From the NCBI RefSeq assembly GCF_004010195.1, contig NC_057711.1, positions 76,904,685 to 76,968,684 of the forward strand: a stretch of 64,000 nt of DNA, written 5' to 3'. Shown here in pieces: positions 1 to 13,345 of this stretch. The number at the start of each line of letters is the position of its first letter. Position 1 is the first letter of the stretch. This DNA is from Chiloscyllium plagiosum. Taxonomy: Eukaryota. The position numbers and the translations under genes were made by a program. The notes beneath the pieces were generated by a model that worked only from the letters and a program-made list of their open reading frames with translations, had not been told where the DNA came from and did not search any database.

Positions 1-2622
1 GAATGTTCTCAACGGGGAGAGGGACCAGCAAGAGGTCATTGTCCACATTGGAACCAATGACATAGGAAGGGAAAAGGTTGAGATTCTGAAGGGAGATTAC
101 AGAGAGTTAGGCAGGAATTTAAAAAGGAGGTCCTCGAGAATAGTAATATCTGGATTACTCCTGGTGCTACGAGCTAGTGAGGGAAGGAATAGGAGGACAG
201 AGCAGATGGCTGAGGAGAACAGAAGTGAGTCAAGCAGTCAGGGCAGGCAGGGACAAGGTAGGACTAATAAATTGAACTGCATTTATTTCAATGCAAGGGG
301 CCTAACAGGGAAGGCAGATGAACTCAGGGCATGGTTAGGAACATGGGACTGGGATATCATAGCAATTACAGAAACATGGCTCAGGGATGTGCAGGACTGG
401 CAGCTTAATGTTCCAGGATACAAATGCTACGGGAAGGATAGAAAGGGAGGCAAGAGAGGAGGGGGAGTGGCATTTTTGATAAGGGGTAGCATTACAGCTG
501 TGCTGAGGGAGGATAGTTCCAGAAATACATCCAGGCGAGTTATCTGGGTGGAACTGAGAAATAAGAAAGTGATGATAACCTTATTGGGATTGCATTATAG
601 GCCCTCTAATAGTCAGAGGGAAATTGAGAAACAAACTTGTAAGAGATCTCAGCTATCTGTAAGAATAATAGGGTGGTTATGGTAGGGGCTTTTAACTTTA
701 CAAACATAGACTGGGACTGCCATTGTGTTATGGGTTTAGATGGAGAGGAATTTGTTAAATGTGTACAAGAAAATTTTCTGACTCAGCATGTGGGTGTACC
801 TACTAGAGAAGGTGCAAAACTTAGCCAACTGTTGGTAAGTAAGGCAGGGCAGGTGACTGAGGTGTCAGTGGGGGAGCACTTTGGAGCCAGCGACTATAAT
901 TCTATTAGTTTTAAAATAGTGATGGAAAAGGATAGACCAGATCTAAAAGTTGAAGTTCTAAATTGGAAAAAGGCCATTTTGACGGTATTAGGCAAGAACT
1001 TTCAAAAAGCCAATTGGTTGCAGATGTTCGCAGGTAAAAGGACAGCTAGAAAATGGGAAGCCTTCAAAAATGAGATAACGAGAATCCAGAGAAAGTATAT
1101 TCCTGTTAGGATGGAAGGGAAGGCTGGTAGGTATAGGGAATGCTGGATGACTAAAGAGGATTTGAGGGTTTGAGGGTTTGTTTAAGAAAAAGGAGGAAGC
1201 ATATGTCAGGTATAGACAGGATAGATCGAGTGAATCCTTAGAAAAGTGTAAAGGCAGTGGGAGTATACTTAAGAGGGAAATCAGGAGGGCAAAACGGGGA
1301 CATGAGATAGTTTTGGCAAATAGAGTTAAGGAGAATCCAAAGGATTTTTACAAATACATGAAGGACAGTTGGGTAACTAGGGAGAGAATAGGGCCCCTCA
1401 AAGATCAGCAAGTCAGCCTTTGTGTGGAGCCGCAGAAAATGGGGGAAGATACTAAACGAGTATTTTGCATCAGTATTTACTGTGAAAAAGGACATGGGAC
1501 GATATAGAATGTAGGGAAATAGATGGTGACATCTTGCAAAATGTCCATATTACAGAGGAGGAAGTGCTGGATGTCTTGAAATGCATAATGGTGGATAAAT
1601 CCCCAGGACCTGATCAGGTGTACCCTAGAACTCTGTGGGAAGCTAGAGAAGCGATTACNNNNNNNNNNNNNNNNNNNNNNNNNNNNNNNNNNNNNNNNNN
1701 NNNNNNNNNNNNNNNNNNNNNNNNNNNNNNNNNNNNNNNNNNNNNNNNNNNNNNNNNNNNNNNNNNNNNNNNNNNNNNNNNNNNNNNNNNNNNNNNNNNN
1801 NNNNNNNNNNNNNNNNNNNNNNNNNNNNNNNNNNNNNNNNNNNNNNNNNNNNNNNNNNNNNNNNNNNNNNNNNNNNNNNNNNNNNNNNNNNNNNNNNNNN
1901 NNNNNNNNNNNNNNNNNNNNNNNNNNNNNNNNNNNNNNNNNNNNNNNNNNNNNNNNNNNNNNNNNNNNNNNNNNNNNNNNNNNNNNNNNNNNNNNNNNNN
2001 NNNNNNNNNNNNNNNNNNNNNNNNNNNNNNNNNNNNNNNNNNNNNNNNNNNNNNNNNNNNNNNNNNNNNNNNNNNNNNNNNNNNNNNNNNNNNNNNNNNN
2101 NNNNNNNNNNNNNNNNNNNNNNNNNNNNNNNNNNNNNNNNNNNNNNNNNNNNNNNNNNNNNGATGTCTTGAAATGCATAATGGTGGATAAATCCCCAGGA
2201 CCTGATCAGGTGTACCCTAGAACTCAGTGGGAAGCTAGAGAAGCGATTACTGGGCCCCTTGCTGAGATATTTGTATCATTGATAGTCACAGGTGAGGTGC
2301 CGGAAGACTGGAGGTTGGCTAAGGTGATGCCACTATTTAAGAAGGGCAGTAAAGACAAGCCAGGAAACTATAGACCAGTGAGCCTGACGTCAGTGGTGGG
2401 CAAGTTGTTGGAGGGAGTCCTGAGGGACAGGATGTACATGTATTTGGAAAGGCAAGGACTGATTAAGGATAGTCAACGTGGCTTTGTGCGTGGGAAATCA
2501 TGTCTCACAAACTTGATTGAGTTTTTTGAGGAAGTAACAAAATGGATTGATGAGGGCAGAGCGGTAGATGTGATCTATATGGATTTCAGTAAAGTGTTTG
2601 ACACGGTTCCCCATGGGAGACT
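1..2622 (+). mobile_element. CR1-clade LINE (HER1-like), degenerate: end of ORF1 SGNH esterase, APE endonuclease and start of RT; contains an N gap
   Basis: VIVHIGTNDIG at the 5' end; YFNARGL...DIIAITETWL; KSPGPD, PLFKKG...NYRPVSLTS, YMDFSKVFD. Multiple frameshifts. Confidence 0.93.
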
Positions 2623-3039
2623 TTATGATAATCATGCAAAACAAAAGGAGGCTAAAAGAAAATCATAGGGAAATATAAGATGACCATCAGATTGAATGAA
2701 GAGTTCATGATTTCACTTCTGTACTTTTTTCTCACCTCTTTCAGTTCCTTCACATTTTATCACTGGTTATTTAACCATCTCACATCCTTTACCCAACCAC
2801 CTTGATCATTCACGTCTTGTGTATGCAAGATTTTAATTCTCTTTATTCTCTCTCTACATCCACCCTTTCCTTTGCTCCATTCCTCCTCACAAACTGTTCA
2901 CCCATAATATCTCGTTATGACAAAATTATCTACTTGAAATAGCTTTCATCTCTCCGCAGATGCTACCTCAGCTGCTGAGTGTTTCCAATACTGTGCGTTT
3001 GCATTTCAGGCTTCATGCTTTTGATTGGCTATAAAGCTG

Positions 3040-3440
3040 AATTTTGGACCTGGCTCAGAAGTGTCAGTTGGCTCAGTTGGAACATTGTCAACTTTCTCAG
3101 CAGGTCATGGGATCAACCCATGTCACCCCATGAGTGCATAACCTTGAGCACCTTTGAGGATTAATGAAAGAAATGTAACTTTTCCAGTTATTGCTCTTCA
3201 AATGAGAGGTCAGCTGAGACATTTTTGAACATGCTATTTCATAAGTGAAAATATAGAGTACTACATCAAACCTGCATCTAGTGCTTCAGATGGGCATTAA
3301 AATCCCACTATACCTTTTGAAGAGAAACACAATGTTTCGTGGATGTTCTGGCCAATGTCCATCCCTCTACAATATCAGATTAACAAGCCCTTCAACTGAT
3401 TTTCCATTTATGGACCATGATGATGCATACATTAACTGCT
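3040..3440 (+). mobile_element. Old Deu-domain SINE (SacSINE1/AmnSINE-like), degenerate
   Basis: tRNA-like head ggctcagttgg, then aaaatcccactatacc...gaagag...gttctggccaatgtcc, resembling the Deu domain. Similar to the copy at 11390-11660. Confidence 0.5.
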
Positions 3441-3729
3441 AGTGCATTTAACCACATGGTAATAATAAACACACATCCAATATGTTACCTGGAAAACAAA
3501 AAATGCCCTGGACATTCTGGGAGTCATGTTGAGGTGTACTGTACAGGTTTTTACAGAACTGGAATTTGAGGTTTAGAATGTATCAGTTTTTTGTAAATTC
3601 ACATGCAGTTATTTTTTAGCCTATACAAAAAAATCTTTATCCATCCAATTAGTTAAGTAGCAGTCCATAGATCATGCTGGTTCAGTAACTTAGGGACAAC
3701 ATTAAGACAAATATTGACATTCTACTCAC

Positions 3730-3832
3730 AAAAAGAGATTTTCCATAATATAATTATAGTCAGGTCGACTGCTCTCTGGCAGGAAACATGCTGCAAACAC
3801 AATGATGGCATTGAGTCCGTCACTATAGTAGC
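3730..3832 (-). CDS. PRUNE2: PRUNE2 internal coding exon (103 nt, phase 1 to 2), BCH domain: (G)[33 protein letters not shown](L)
   Basis: Acceptor ttttcctcag and donor gtgagt. In frame with the upstream exon (G|GC). Classic BCH domain motif [19 protein letters not shown]. Confidence 0.95.
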
Positions 3833-5659
3833 CTGAGGAAAACAACAAAGCATTTGTTTAATATTGTGCACTGTTTACAGTATTACCTAGAATTACCAGG
3901 ACACAAAAAAAGTCTAGTAATTGTAACAGCAATTCAAACTTTTTACTTTCTCATTCAGAAAAACATTTGTTATGGTTGTAGTTCATGGTGATGCGGGACA
4001 AGTCAGAGAGTGGGCTTGATAGATCATAAGTTTTGCTTTTCTGTTTATGGATGTTAGTCACAGCATATTTACTAGCGCCTGCTGATGTACTTTTAACACA
4101 AGTTTATTATGCAAAAGGTTAAAGAGATTACTAAACACTCTCTGAAGTAAATTCATTACAAACATTAGAAAGATGGATTCAATACTTTTACCCCAACAAT
4201 CTTTCTGACACTCAAAGTTCTCTTTACACTAAAGCTTCTTTTTCAGTTGGCACAACTGTAATTGGTTTCTTTTTGACAAATTTACACTCACTCAGTATTA
4301 TTTTCTTGAGCTAATATCAATTTCTGAAACTGTTGAACAAACCGTTCACTCAGCTCACTTACTACCTAAATTGGGTTCCTTAATCTCAAACCTTTGAACA
4401 GTCTTGCAAAATCTCTTCCTCTGACAACTCTATAGCCTTATGCTTCTGTGGTTTTCTTCTAAGCAACTCAGTACTTTTCCCTCTCTGCTCTGCGTTTGGA
4501 GACTACCAAAGTAGCAGCACTTAGCATAACAGATCTTATCTCTCTGAAATGTCCTGAATCTGGGTACTCTATGTTTCAGTTGCACTATTCAAGTCAACAA
4601 AAATGTTAACAATTATCTCTGACAGAGATTCCGAGTCATTTAGCTAACTTCATGTGATTTCTTAGTAATGAGGTCTTAATCTCACTGTTCAAAATGACTT
4701 TGACCTTTTTAACAAAAACAACTCAGTTCTTCACAGAACTGAACATTAAAATCCATTTTTCCTCCACTTTATAAATAAGTTTTGATCACAATTAAACACT
4801 AATCTCTCAGCAATTGCATGGTGGTTTTCCTCTATGGAAACATGAAGGGTTCTAAAATTGTACTGTTTCAATTTTGTAATTTATTTTGTTATATGCACTT
4901 GGAATAAACATCAATCTGCACGTTTTGAAGTTTGGTTCATAGTGAATTAATTTGGAAATTCAAATAGATTTAACAAGACCATGAAAATCATGAGATTAGG
5001 GAAATATTAAAATCTAAATTTTAAAATAAGTCAGCCTGCAGATCTGAGAGTTAAATGTGTGCTGGAATCACAATTAACTTCTATATCCTCCCTACCCTGT
5101 ACCCTACAGGAAAGGCATATAAAACTAATGCATACCAATCTATCCTTTTGATGTTCCTTCATCGATCCACCAAGAGATATTCTGCAAAGGGGGTCAACAA
5201 AGATAAATACATATCCTCAATAGTAAAAACTTGTAGTGTCTTCAATAGTTACAAATAATATTCGACCTATGCCATGCTATTGCAATATAGACTGTGACCT
5301 TAACTTTATTTTCCTGCCTGTCCTTCTGAATTTGTGATCAAAAATCTGTCTGATTCAGCCATGAATATATTTGATTATCAAATTCAAGCTCCACTGAAAT
5401 TCTCTTGCCCAGATACAAAAGACCAAGATCTTCTAAGAAGATCTTGTTTATCTCCATCTTGAGATACCTCATATTTTGAAATGGTGTCCAGTAGTTCTAG
5501 GAACCCCCACTGAAGGAAACATCCTCTAGCATCTACACTCGCAAGCCCTTCAGGATATTACATGTTTTAATAATATTCTCTCTCATTCTTTCAAACTCCA
5601 AAGAATATAAGTTAACTTGTTAAACTTTTGTTGTAACAGAACACCCTTCATTCTGGGAA

Positions 5660-8600
5660 GTCATAGAATAATAGAGATGTACAGCATGGAAACAGATGCT
5701 TTGGTCCGACCTGTCCATGCCGAGCAGATATCCCAACCCAATCTAGTCCCGGCCCATATCCTTCCAAACCCTTCCTATTCATATACCCATCCAAGAGCCT
5801 TTTAAATGTTGCAATTGGACCAGCCTCCACCACTTCCTCTAGCAGCTCATTCCAGAATCGTAACACCCTCTGCATGAAAAAGTCGCCCCTTAGGTCTCTT
5901 TTCCATCTTCTCCTTCTTACCCTAAACCTATGCCCTCTAGTTCTGGACTCCCCAACCCCAGGGAAAAGACTTTGCCTATTTACCCTATCCATGCCCCTCA
6001 TAATTTTGTAAACCTCTATAAGGTCACCCCTCAGCCTCCGATGCTCCAGGGAAAACAACCCCAGCCTCTCCCTATAGCTCAAATCCTCCATTACTGGCAA
6101 CATCCTTGTAAATCTTTTCTGAAACCTTTCAAGTTTCGCGACATTTTTTCCAATATGAAGGAGACCAGAATTGCACGCAATATTCCAACAGTGGCCTAAC
6201 CAATGTCCTATACAGCCACAACATGACCTCCCAACTCCTGTACTCAATACTCTGACCAATAAATGAAAGCATACCAAACGCCTTCTTAACTATCCTACTT
6301 ACCTGCGACTCCACTTTCAAGGAGCTATGAACCTGCACTCCAAGGTCTCTTCATTCAGCAACACTCCCTAGGACCTTACCATTAAGTGTATAAGTCCCGC
6401 TAAGATTTGCTTTCCCAAAATGCAGCATCTTGCATTTATGTGAATTAAACTCCATCTGCCATTTCTCAGCACATTGGCCCATCTGGTCAAGATCCTGGTG
6501 TAATCTGAGGTAACCCTCTTCGCTGTCCACTACACCTCCAATTTTGGTGTCATCTGCAAACTTACTAAGTGTACCTCTTATGCTCGCATCCAAATTGTTT
6601 ATGTAAATGACAAAAAGTAGAGGACCCAGCACTGATCCTTGTGGCACTCCACTGGTCACAGGCCTCCAGTCTGAAAAACAACCCTCCACCACCACCCTCT
6701 GTCTCTACCTTTGAGCCAGTTCTGTANNNNNNNNNNNNNNNNNNNNNNNNNNNNNNNNNNNNNNNNNNNNNNNNNNNNNNNNNNNNNNNNNNNNNNNNNN
6801 NNNNNNNNNNNNNNNNNNNNNNNNNNNNNNNNNNNNNNNNNNNNNNNNNNNNNNNNNNNNNNNNNNNNNNNNNNNNNNNNNNNNNNNNNNNNNNNNNNNN
6901 NNNNNNNNNNNNNNNNNNNNNNNNNNNNNNNNNNNNNNNNNNNNNNNNNNNNNNNNNNNNNNNNNNNNNNNNNNNNNNNNNNNNNNNNNNNNNNNNNNNN
7001 NNNNNNNNNNNNNNNNNNNNNNNNNNNNNNNNNNNNNNNNNNNNNNNNNNNNNNNNNNNNNNNNNNNNNNNNNNNNNNNNNNNNNNNNNNNNNNNNNNNN
7101 NNNNNNNNNNNNNNNNNNNNNNNNNNNNNNNNNNNNNNNNNNNNNNNNNNNNNNNNNNNNNNNNNNNNNNNNNNNNNNNNNNNNNNNNNNNNNNNNNNNN
7201 NNNNNNNNNNNNNNNNNNNNNNNNNNNNNNNNNNNNNNNNNNNNNNNNNNNNNNNNNNNNNNNNNNNNNNNNNNNNNNNNNNNNNNNNNNNNNNNNNNNN
7301 NNNNNNNNNNNNNNNNNNNNNNNNNNNNNNNNNNNNNNNNNNNNNNNNNNNNNNNNNNNNNNNNNNNNNNNNNNNNNNNNNNNNNNNNNNNNNNNNNNNN
7401 NNNNNNNNNNNNNNNNNNNNNNNNNNNNNNNNNNNNNNNNNNNCCGCTTGGCACACCAGCCTCATTCCTGAAGAAGGGCTTATGCCCGAAACGTAGATTC
7501 TCCTGCTCCTCGGATGCTGCCTGGCCTGCTGCGCTTTTCCAGCACCACACTTTTCAACTCTGGTCTCTAGCATCTGCAGTCCTCACTTTCTCCTCCTTTC
7601 CAAATGCATGTGCATCCTGTCCCTCAGGATTCCCTCCAACAACTTGCCCACCAATGATGTCTGGCTCACTGGTCTATAGTTCCCTGGCTTGTCCTTACCA
7701 CCCTTAAACAGCCAACCTCCAGTCTTCCAGCACCTCACCTGTGACTATCAATGATACAAATATCTCAGCAAGAGGCCCAGCAATCACTTCTCTAGCTTCC
7801 CACAGAGTTCTAGGTACACCTGATCAGGTCCTGGGGATTTATCCACCTTTATGCATTTCAAGACATCCAGCACTTCCTCCTCTGTAATATGGACATTTTG
7901 TAAGATGTCACCATCTATTTCCCTACAGTCTATATCTTCCAGATCCTTTTCCACAGTAAATATTGATGCAAAATACTCATTTAATATCTCCCCTATTTTC
8001 TGCAGCTCCACACAAAGGCTGCCTTGCTGATCTTTAAGAGATCCTATTCTTTCCCTAGTTACCCTTTTGTCCTTAATGTATTTGTAAAAAATCTTTGGAT
8101 TCTTCTTAATACTATCTGCCAAAACTATCTCATGTCCCGTTTTGCCCTCCTGATTTCCCTCTTAAGTATACTCTTACTGCCTTTATACTTTTCTAAGGAT
8201 TCACTCGATCTATCCTGTCTATACCTTACATATGCTTCCTCCTTTTTCTTAGCCAAACCCTCAATTTCTTTAGTCATCCAGCATTCCCTATACCTATCAG
8301 CCTTTCTTTTCAGCCTAACAGGAATATACTTTCTCTGTATTCTCGTTATCTCATTTTGGAAGGTTTCCCATTTTCCAGCCGTCCCTTTACTTGCGAACAT
8401 CTGCCCCCAAACAGCTTTAGAAAGTTCTTGCCTAATACCTGCAAAATTGGCCTTTCTCCAACTTAGAACTTCAGCTTTTAGATCTGGTCTATCCTTTTCC
8501 ATCATTCTTTTAAATCTAATAGTATTATGGTCGCTGGCTCCAAAGTGCTCCCCCACTGACACCTCAAGTCATCTGCCTGCCTTATTTCCCAAGAGTAGGT

Positions 8601-10010
8601 CAAGTTTGCACCTTCTCTAGTAGGTACAGCCACATACTGAATTAGAAAATTGTCTTGTGAACACTGAACAAATTCCTCTCCATCTAAATCTTTAACACTA
8701 TGGCAGTCCCAGTCTATGTTTGTAAAGTTAAAATCCCCTACCATAGCCACCCTATTATTCTTACAGATAGCTGAGATCTCCTTACAAATTTGTTTCTCAA
8801 TTTCCCTCTGACTAGAAGGGGGTCTATAATACAATCCCAATAAGGTGATCATCCCTTTCTTATTTCTCAGGTCCACCCAAATAACTTCCCTGGATGTATT
8901 TCCAGGAATATCCTCCCTCAGCACAGCTGTCATGCTATCCCTTATCAAAAATGCCCCTCTCCCCCTTGAGAACATTCTGCACCCTGTCTGAGACATCCTT
9001 GATCGTGGCATCAGGGAAGCATTCTGCTTTTTCGCTGCTGGCCACAGAAACGTCTGTCTCTACCTCGGACTAGAGAATCCCCTAACACAATTGATCTCTT
9101 GGACCTGATGTATCCCTCGTTGCATTACAGCCAGTCTCAATACCATAAACCTGGCTGTTTGTGCTACGTTCCCCTGAGAATCCATCACCCGCTACATTTT
9201 ACAAAACAGCATATGTGTTTGAAATGGGTATAGCCACAGAAGACTCCTACACTAGCTGCCTACCTCTCTTATCTTTTCTGGAGTTAACCCATCTATGTGA
9301 CTATATCGGAGACTTTTCCTCCTTCCTGTAACTGCCATCCTTCACATACTTTTGCTGTTGCAAATTCCTCATTGCTTCTATCTGTGTCTCGAACCGATCC
9401 ATTTGATCTGATAAGCTTCGCAGCCAACAGTATTTATGGCAGATATAATCCGCAGTAACCCTTAAACTCTCTTTAAACTCCCACATTTGACAAGAAGTAC
9501 ATATCAGTCTATTAAAGGCCATTTTTGCTCCTTCACAATCTACAGACCCAGAAAATGAAACACACCATCTTATTCCTCTACAAACACTGCCCCAGGTTAA
9601 ATTAATAGTTATGGTTTATATTTTAAGTTTAATCAAGAAACGTATCTCCAAAAACATATAATCAAGAAAGAACCCACTCTACTCACTACTGCAGATTCTC
9701 TGTAGGCCACACTTAAAACAACGATTAGCTTATCTGATTCTGTGCTGTGAACCTCACCCAACTCCAAGATCAGTTGTGAATTTCACTGTTTGTTAATTTT
9801 CCCAGACACACTCCGATGTCCAGTGATACATGAATTCAAACAGCAAAGGCAGTAACTGTACAGGTTTTCTCTCTTTCTCTCTCTCCTGCAATGACCTCAC
9901 CGTGTGCTTCCTTTGTCTTCTCCCTTTTAAAACTGCTGTTGTTTTGACTTTTCTCAAAGTTCCAAAACAATGCAACGGCATATAAAACAGAAATTGCTGC
10001 TCCTGAAATT
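5660..10010 (-). mobile_element. Near full-length CR1-clade LINE (5'UTR, ORF1 zinc finger/zipper, EN, RT, 3' tail) with an internal deletion, a Penelope insertion and an N gap
   Basis: ORF1-like MAFNRLICTSCQMWEF...YICHKYC (9301-9522); EN/RT fragments GDFNFTNIDW, GVPQGSVLGP, KFADDTK; 3' tail ...ccatgctgtacatctct near 5670. Confidence 0.92.
7444..7593 (+). mobile_element. Penelope-like element 3' terminus (family A) nested in CR1; carries a hammerhead motif
   Basis: Same terminal sequence as the PLEs at 17660-17795 and 60740-60830. CTGAAGA-AGGGCTTATGCCC-GAAACGTA at 7468-7495. Confidence 0.8.
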
Positions 10011-11389
10011 AGAGTAAAACACCTCTACTGGATAATCTTGGAGCTGTTTCCAATATGCCTTTTTCTCTCCTTACGTAAGGAAACCAAAACCATATGCAGT
10101 ATTCCAGGTACACAAATGCACTGCATAGTCGTACCCTCACTAACCTGCTTTTATACTCCATTCCCCTTCATAATGGGTTTTATAAATCAAATGTTATTAT
10201 TTTTAATTTGACAGTAAATGAAGCAAACAAATACTTATATAACTTTAGTACAGTTTTCATGTCGTTGATTTATTTTGTTTTGAATGTAGATCAAATAATA
10301 CTGTCAAATATTCATTTTGTCCTCAAAATGGCATGTGTATTCTTGATTTTCTCCATTTAATAAAATAGATCTGTAAAGTTACATACATTTGTTTGGTCTG
10401 ATAACATTTAATGAATTCTCATTTCAACAATGTTTCATTCCGAGCACTGTTCTTCAGGAAGGTACCACTCCTTGAAGGCAATGAAGAGATATTGAAGGGC
10501 TTCAGTTATGTGGAAAGACTAAAGAAGCTGGGATTATTCTCCTTCCAGCAAGGTAGTTAAAATAATAGTTATTCAAAATTGTTGGACTTTTGAGATGGAG
10601 CTGCAAGTACCAAAGAGTCATTGGTCTCTGATTGACCAGACACTCTTAGAGGGTTGACATCTGTCCCGAAGATGCTGAGGACCCTAATACTGACCAGGTG
10701 AGTGCCCAATTGCCTTTAAAACTAATTATCACAGCCTGATATGCGTTGCCATCCCTTCCCTAGCCATTGGACATGCCCACTGCTAGGACCATAAACTAAA
10801 TTCTACCATATGGGTCATATGAAAACATTTAAATGTGAACTCTCACCAATTTTTGCAAGGTGTCATTCAGATTCTACAATGCAACTTAGCCGTGCGATGT
10901 AGTTCTGTTTTCCAGGATGTATTCAAAAAATTAGCGAGGAAAGGGGAATCACGTTTCTCAGGGGATTAAAAAATCTTTCAAAGAAGAATAAAAAATAGAC
11001 AAAGTTAATGGGGAGAAAGAATTAATGTTTTGGGTCCACTGACCCTTCCTCAGAAATATCACTCGACCCAAGACATTAACTCTGATTTCTCTCCACAGAT
11101 GCTACCAGACCTGCTCAGCTTTTCAAGCAATTTCATTTCTTTTTCTGATTTTCAGCATCTGCAGTTCTTTTAGCTAAAATTAGGTCATGTACTTTGATTC
11201 TACTGATCTTCAACTGAAAATTAAAGAAACATTACCTGTTTTCCACTTGCCTTTTAAAATGTTTTAGTGATGTGCTATCCAAAGAACACAATGATGCCAA
11301 ATGCATGCAGTCACAAACTTCATATATAGATCTGTTACCCCTCTGAAGCAGGTCTGTATTCAAAGTCTTATTTACTCAAGGTAAATATG

Positions 11390-11660
11390 TACTGATTGTG
11401 GGTTGATACTCCATTGCAGTGCTGAGGTAGTGCTGTATCGCAGATGAAGTGGTAAACCCAAGTCCTGTCTGTGTTTTTGAGGGGATGCAGAAAATCCCAT
11501 GGCACTATTCTGAAGAACAGCAGTAGAGGTATCCCTGGTGTCCTGGCCAATATTTATCTTTCACTCAATATTACAAAAACAGATTCTCTAATTGTTACCA
11601 CATTGAGGTTCTGGGAGTTTGCTATGCTCAAATTAGCTGTGTTCACTACATTATAACAGC
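11390..11660 (+). mobile_element. Deu-domain SINE (SacSINE1-like)
   Basis: cagtgctgaggtagtgctg...aaaatcccatggcactattctgaagaa...ggtgtcctggccaatatttatc, the typical Deu-domain core. Confidence 0.7.
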
Positions 11661-12239
11661 AAGTAAAGTTTTAAAAATCAATTCCTCAACCTTGATCCAC
11701 ACTTTGTTCAAGGGATAAAAACAGTAGTTGGAAAACATAGATCAGCTGTGTTGATCCTATTCATGCTTTTTAAAAATATTGGTTTAATGAAAAACAGCTG
11801 GTCTTCATATGGTAACACAAAACATTTGGATAACTTAAAGCCAAGGTAAAAATAACAGAAAATGTACCATCAGAGCAACTAAGGATAAAGCTGCCACAGA
11901 CAATGGCCTAGGTTTTCCTGAAAATTGTCATAGTAATTGTGTAATTACTTGAAAGAAGAACACGGTCAGAAATAATCCATCTCTGTGCTCAGCACTTACT
12001 TCCAATAATCTACGTTTTAAAGTGTTCAGCCATTGCTTGACATATTATAGTGATCTATTGAAGTCAACTGCCCTGAAATGAAATCACAGTGCTCCAAGTA
12101 CGTCAATTACTAAAATTTATTTTCTTGAGAAGCAACAAGCAGTTTCAACTGACATCACGGAAATAATGTAAGCGGAGTCAAAAGCTCGACTGTGAGCAAT
12201 CATGACACAAGTTGTTGGAAAGGCAGGCTGCTCGAGGAT

Positions 12240-13345
12240 ACAAACAGTTTACAGAGAGATATTGATAGGTTAAGTAAGGGACAAAAAGATGACAAATAAA
12301 TTGAAGCTGAGAAATTATGAAGTTGCTCATCTTAGAAGGGAGCACAAAACAAACAAATATTATGGAAATGGCGAACAACTCAGAAAACTGCAACACAAAA
12401 GGGGCATGATGGCATTTGTATATGAAACACAGAAAGCTAGCACACTGATGTAGCAGGCAATCAGGTAGATTTAATGGAATGCTGGCTCTTATTTCCAGGT
12501 TTTTCTTTCTTTATTCATTTATAGGATGAGGGCATCACTGCCTAGGCAGTACTCATTGCCTATCCATAACTGCCCACAAGGCAGTTAAGGGTCAACCACA
12601 TTGTTGTGGGTCTCAAGTTCACATGTAGGCCAGACCAGATAAGGGTGGCAGATTCCTTCTGTGAAGGACCCAGATGTCCAGTACATTATCTGTGTCTCTG
12701 GATCAACAGTCCAGTGATAATACCACTACGCCATCACCTCCCCTCTTGAAGTATAATAGTAGGCAAGTCTTACTGAAACTGTATAAGGTGCTGGTGAGAC
12801 CTCATCTGTGAATAGTTTTGATCACTTTATTTAAAGAAAGATATAATTTAATTGGAAGTAGTTCAGAGACAAGGGCCACGAGGATGATTCTTGATCTGTC
12901 ATATCAGCAAAGGGTAAACAGGTTGGGACCTTACCTATTCACTGCAGTTTAAGAGAATGAGATGTGATCTCACTGAAACACATAGGATTCTTAATGACAG
13001 AGAAAATGCTGAGAGAAAGTTTCCCATCATGGGACAGTCAAAGACCAGAGGGCATAGTCTCAGAAGAAAGGGGCTCCAATTTGAGACTGAGGTGAGGAAG
13101 AATTTCTTCTCTCAGCGGATTGAGTGTCATTGGAACTCCTTGTCACAGAGCACTATAGGGGAAGAATCCTTGTGTATATTTAAGGTTGAGGTAAGTAAAT
13201 TCTTGATCAGTAGGGAAATCAAGTATCATGTAGATTTTCCTGCAATTTCCTCATCAGGAATGTTGGATCAGCCATGATCCTACTGAATAACAGGACAAGC
13301 TTGAGGGGCTGAATGGCCCATCTTGTTCTTATTTCTTATGGTTGT
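12240..13345 (+). mobile_element. Old CR1 3' fragment interrupted by a minus-strand SINE (about 12510-12745)
   Basis: MRCDLTETHRIL...TRGHSL...RKNFFSQR and a CR1 3' tail. The nested segment resembles 51230-51585. Confidence 0.75.

Noticed and set aside
6641..7573. Long ORFs of 260-305 aa (also 1477-2190)
   Set aside because: They are artefacts of translating through N gaps.
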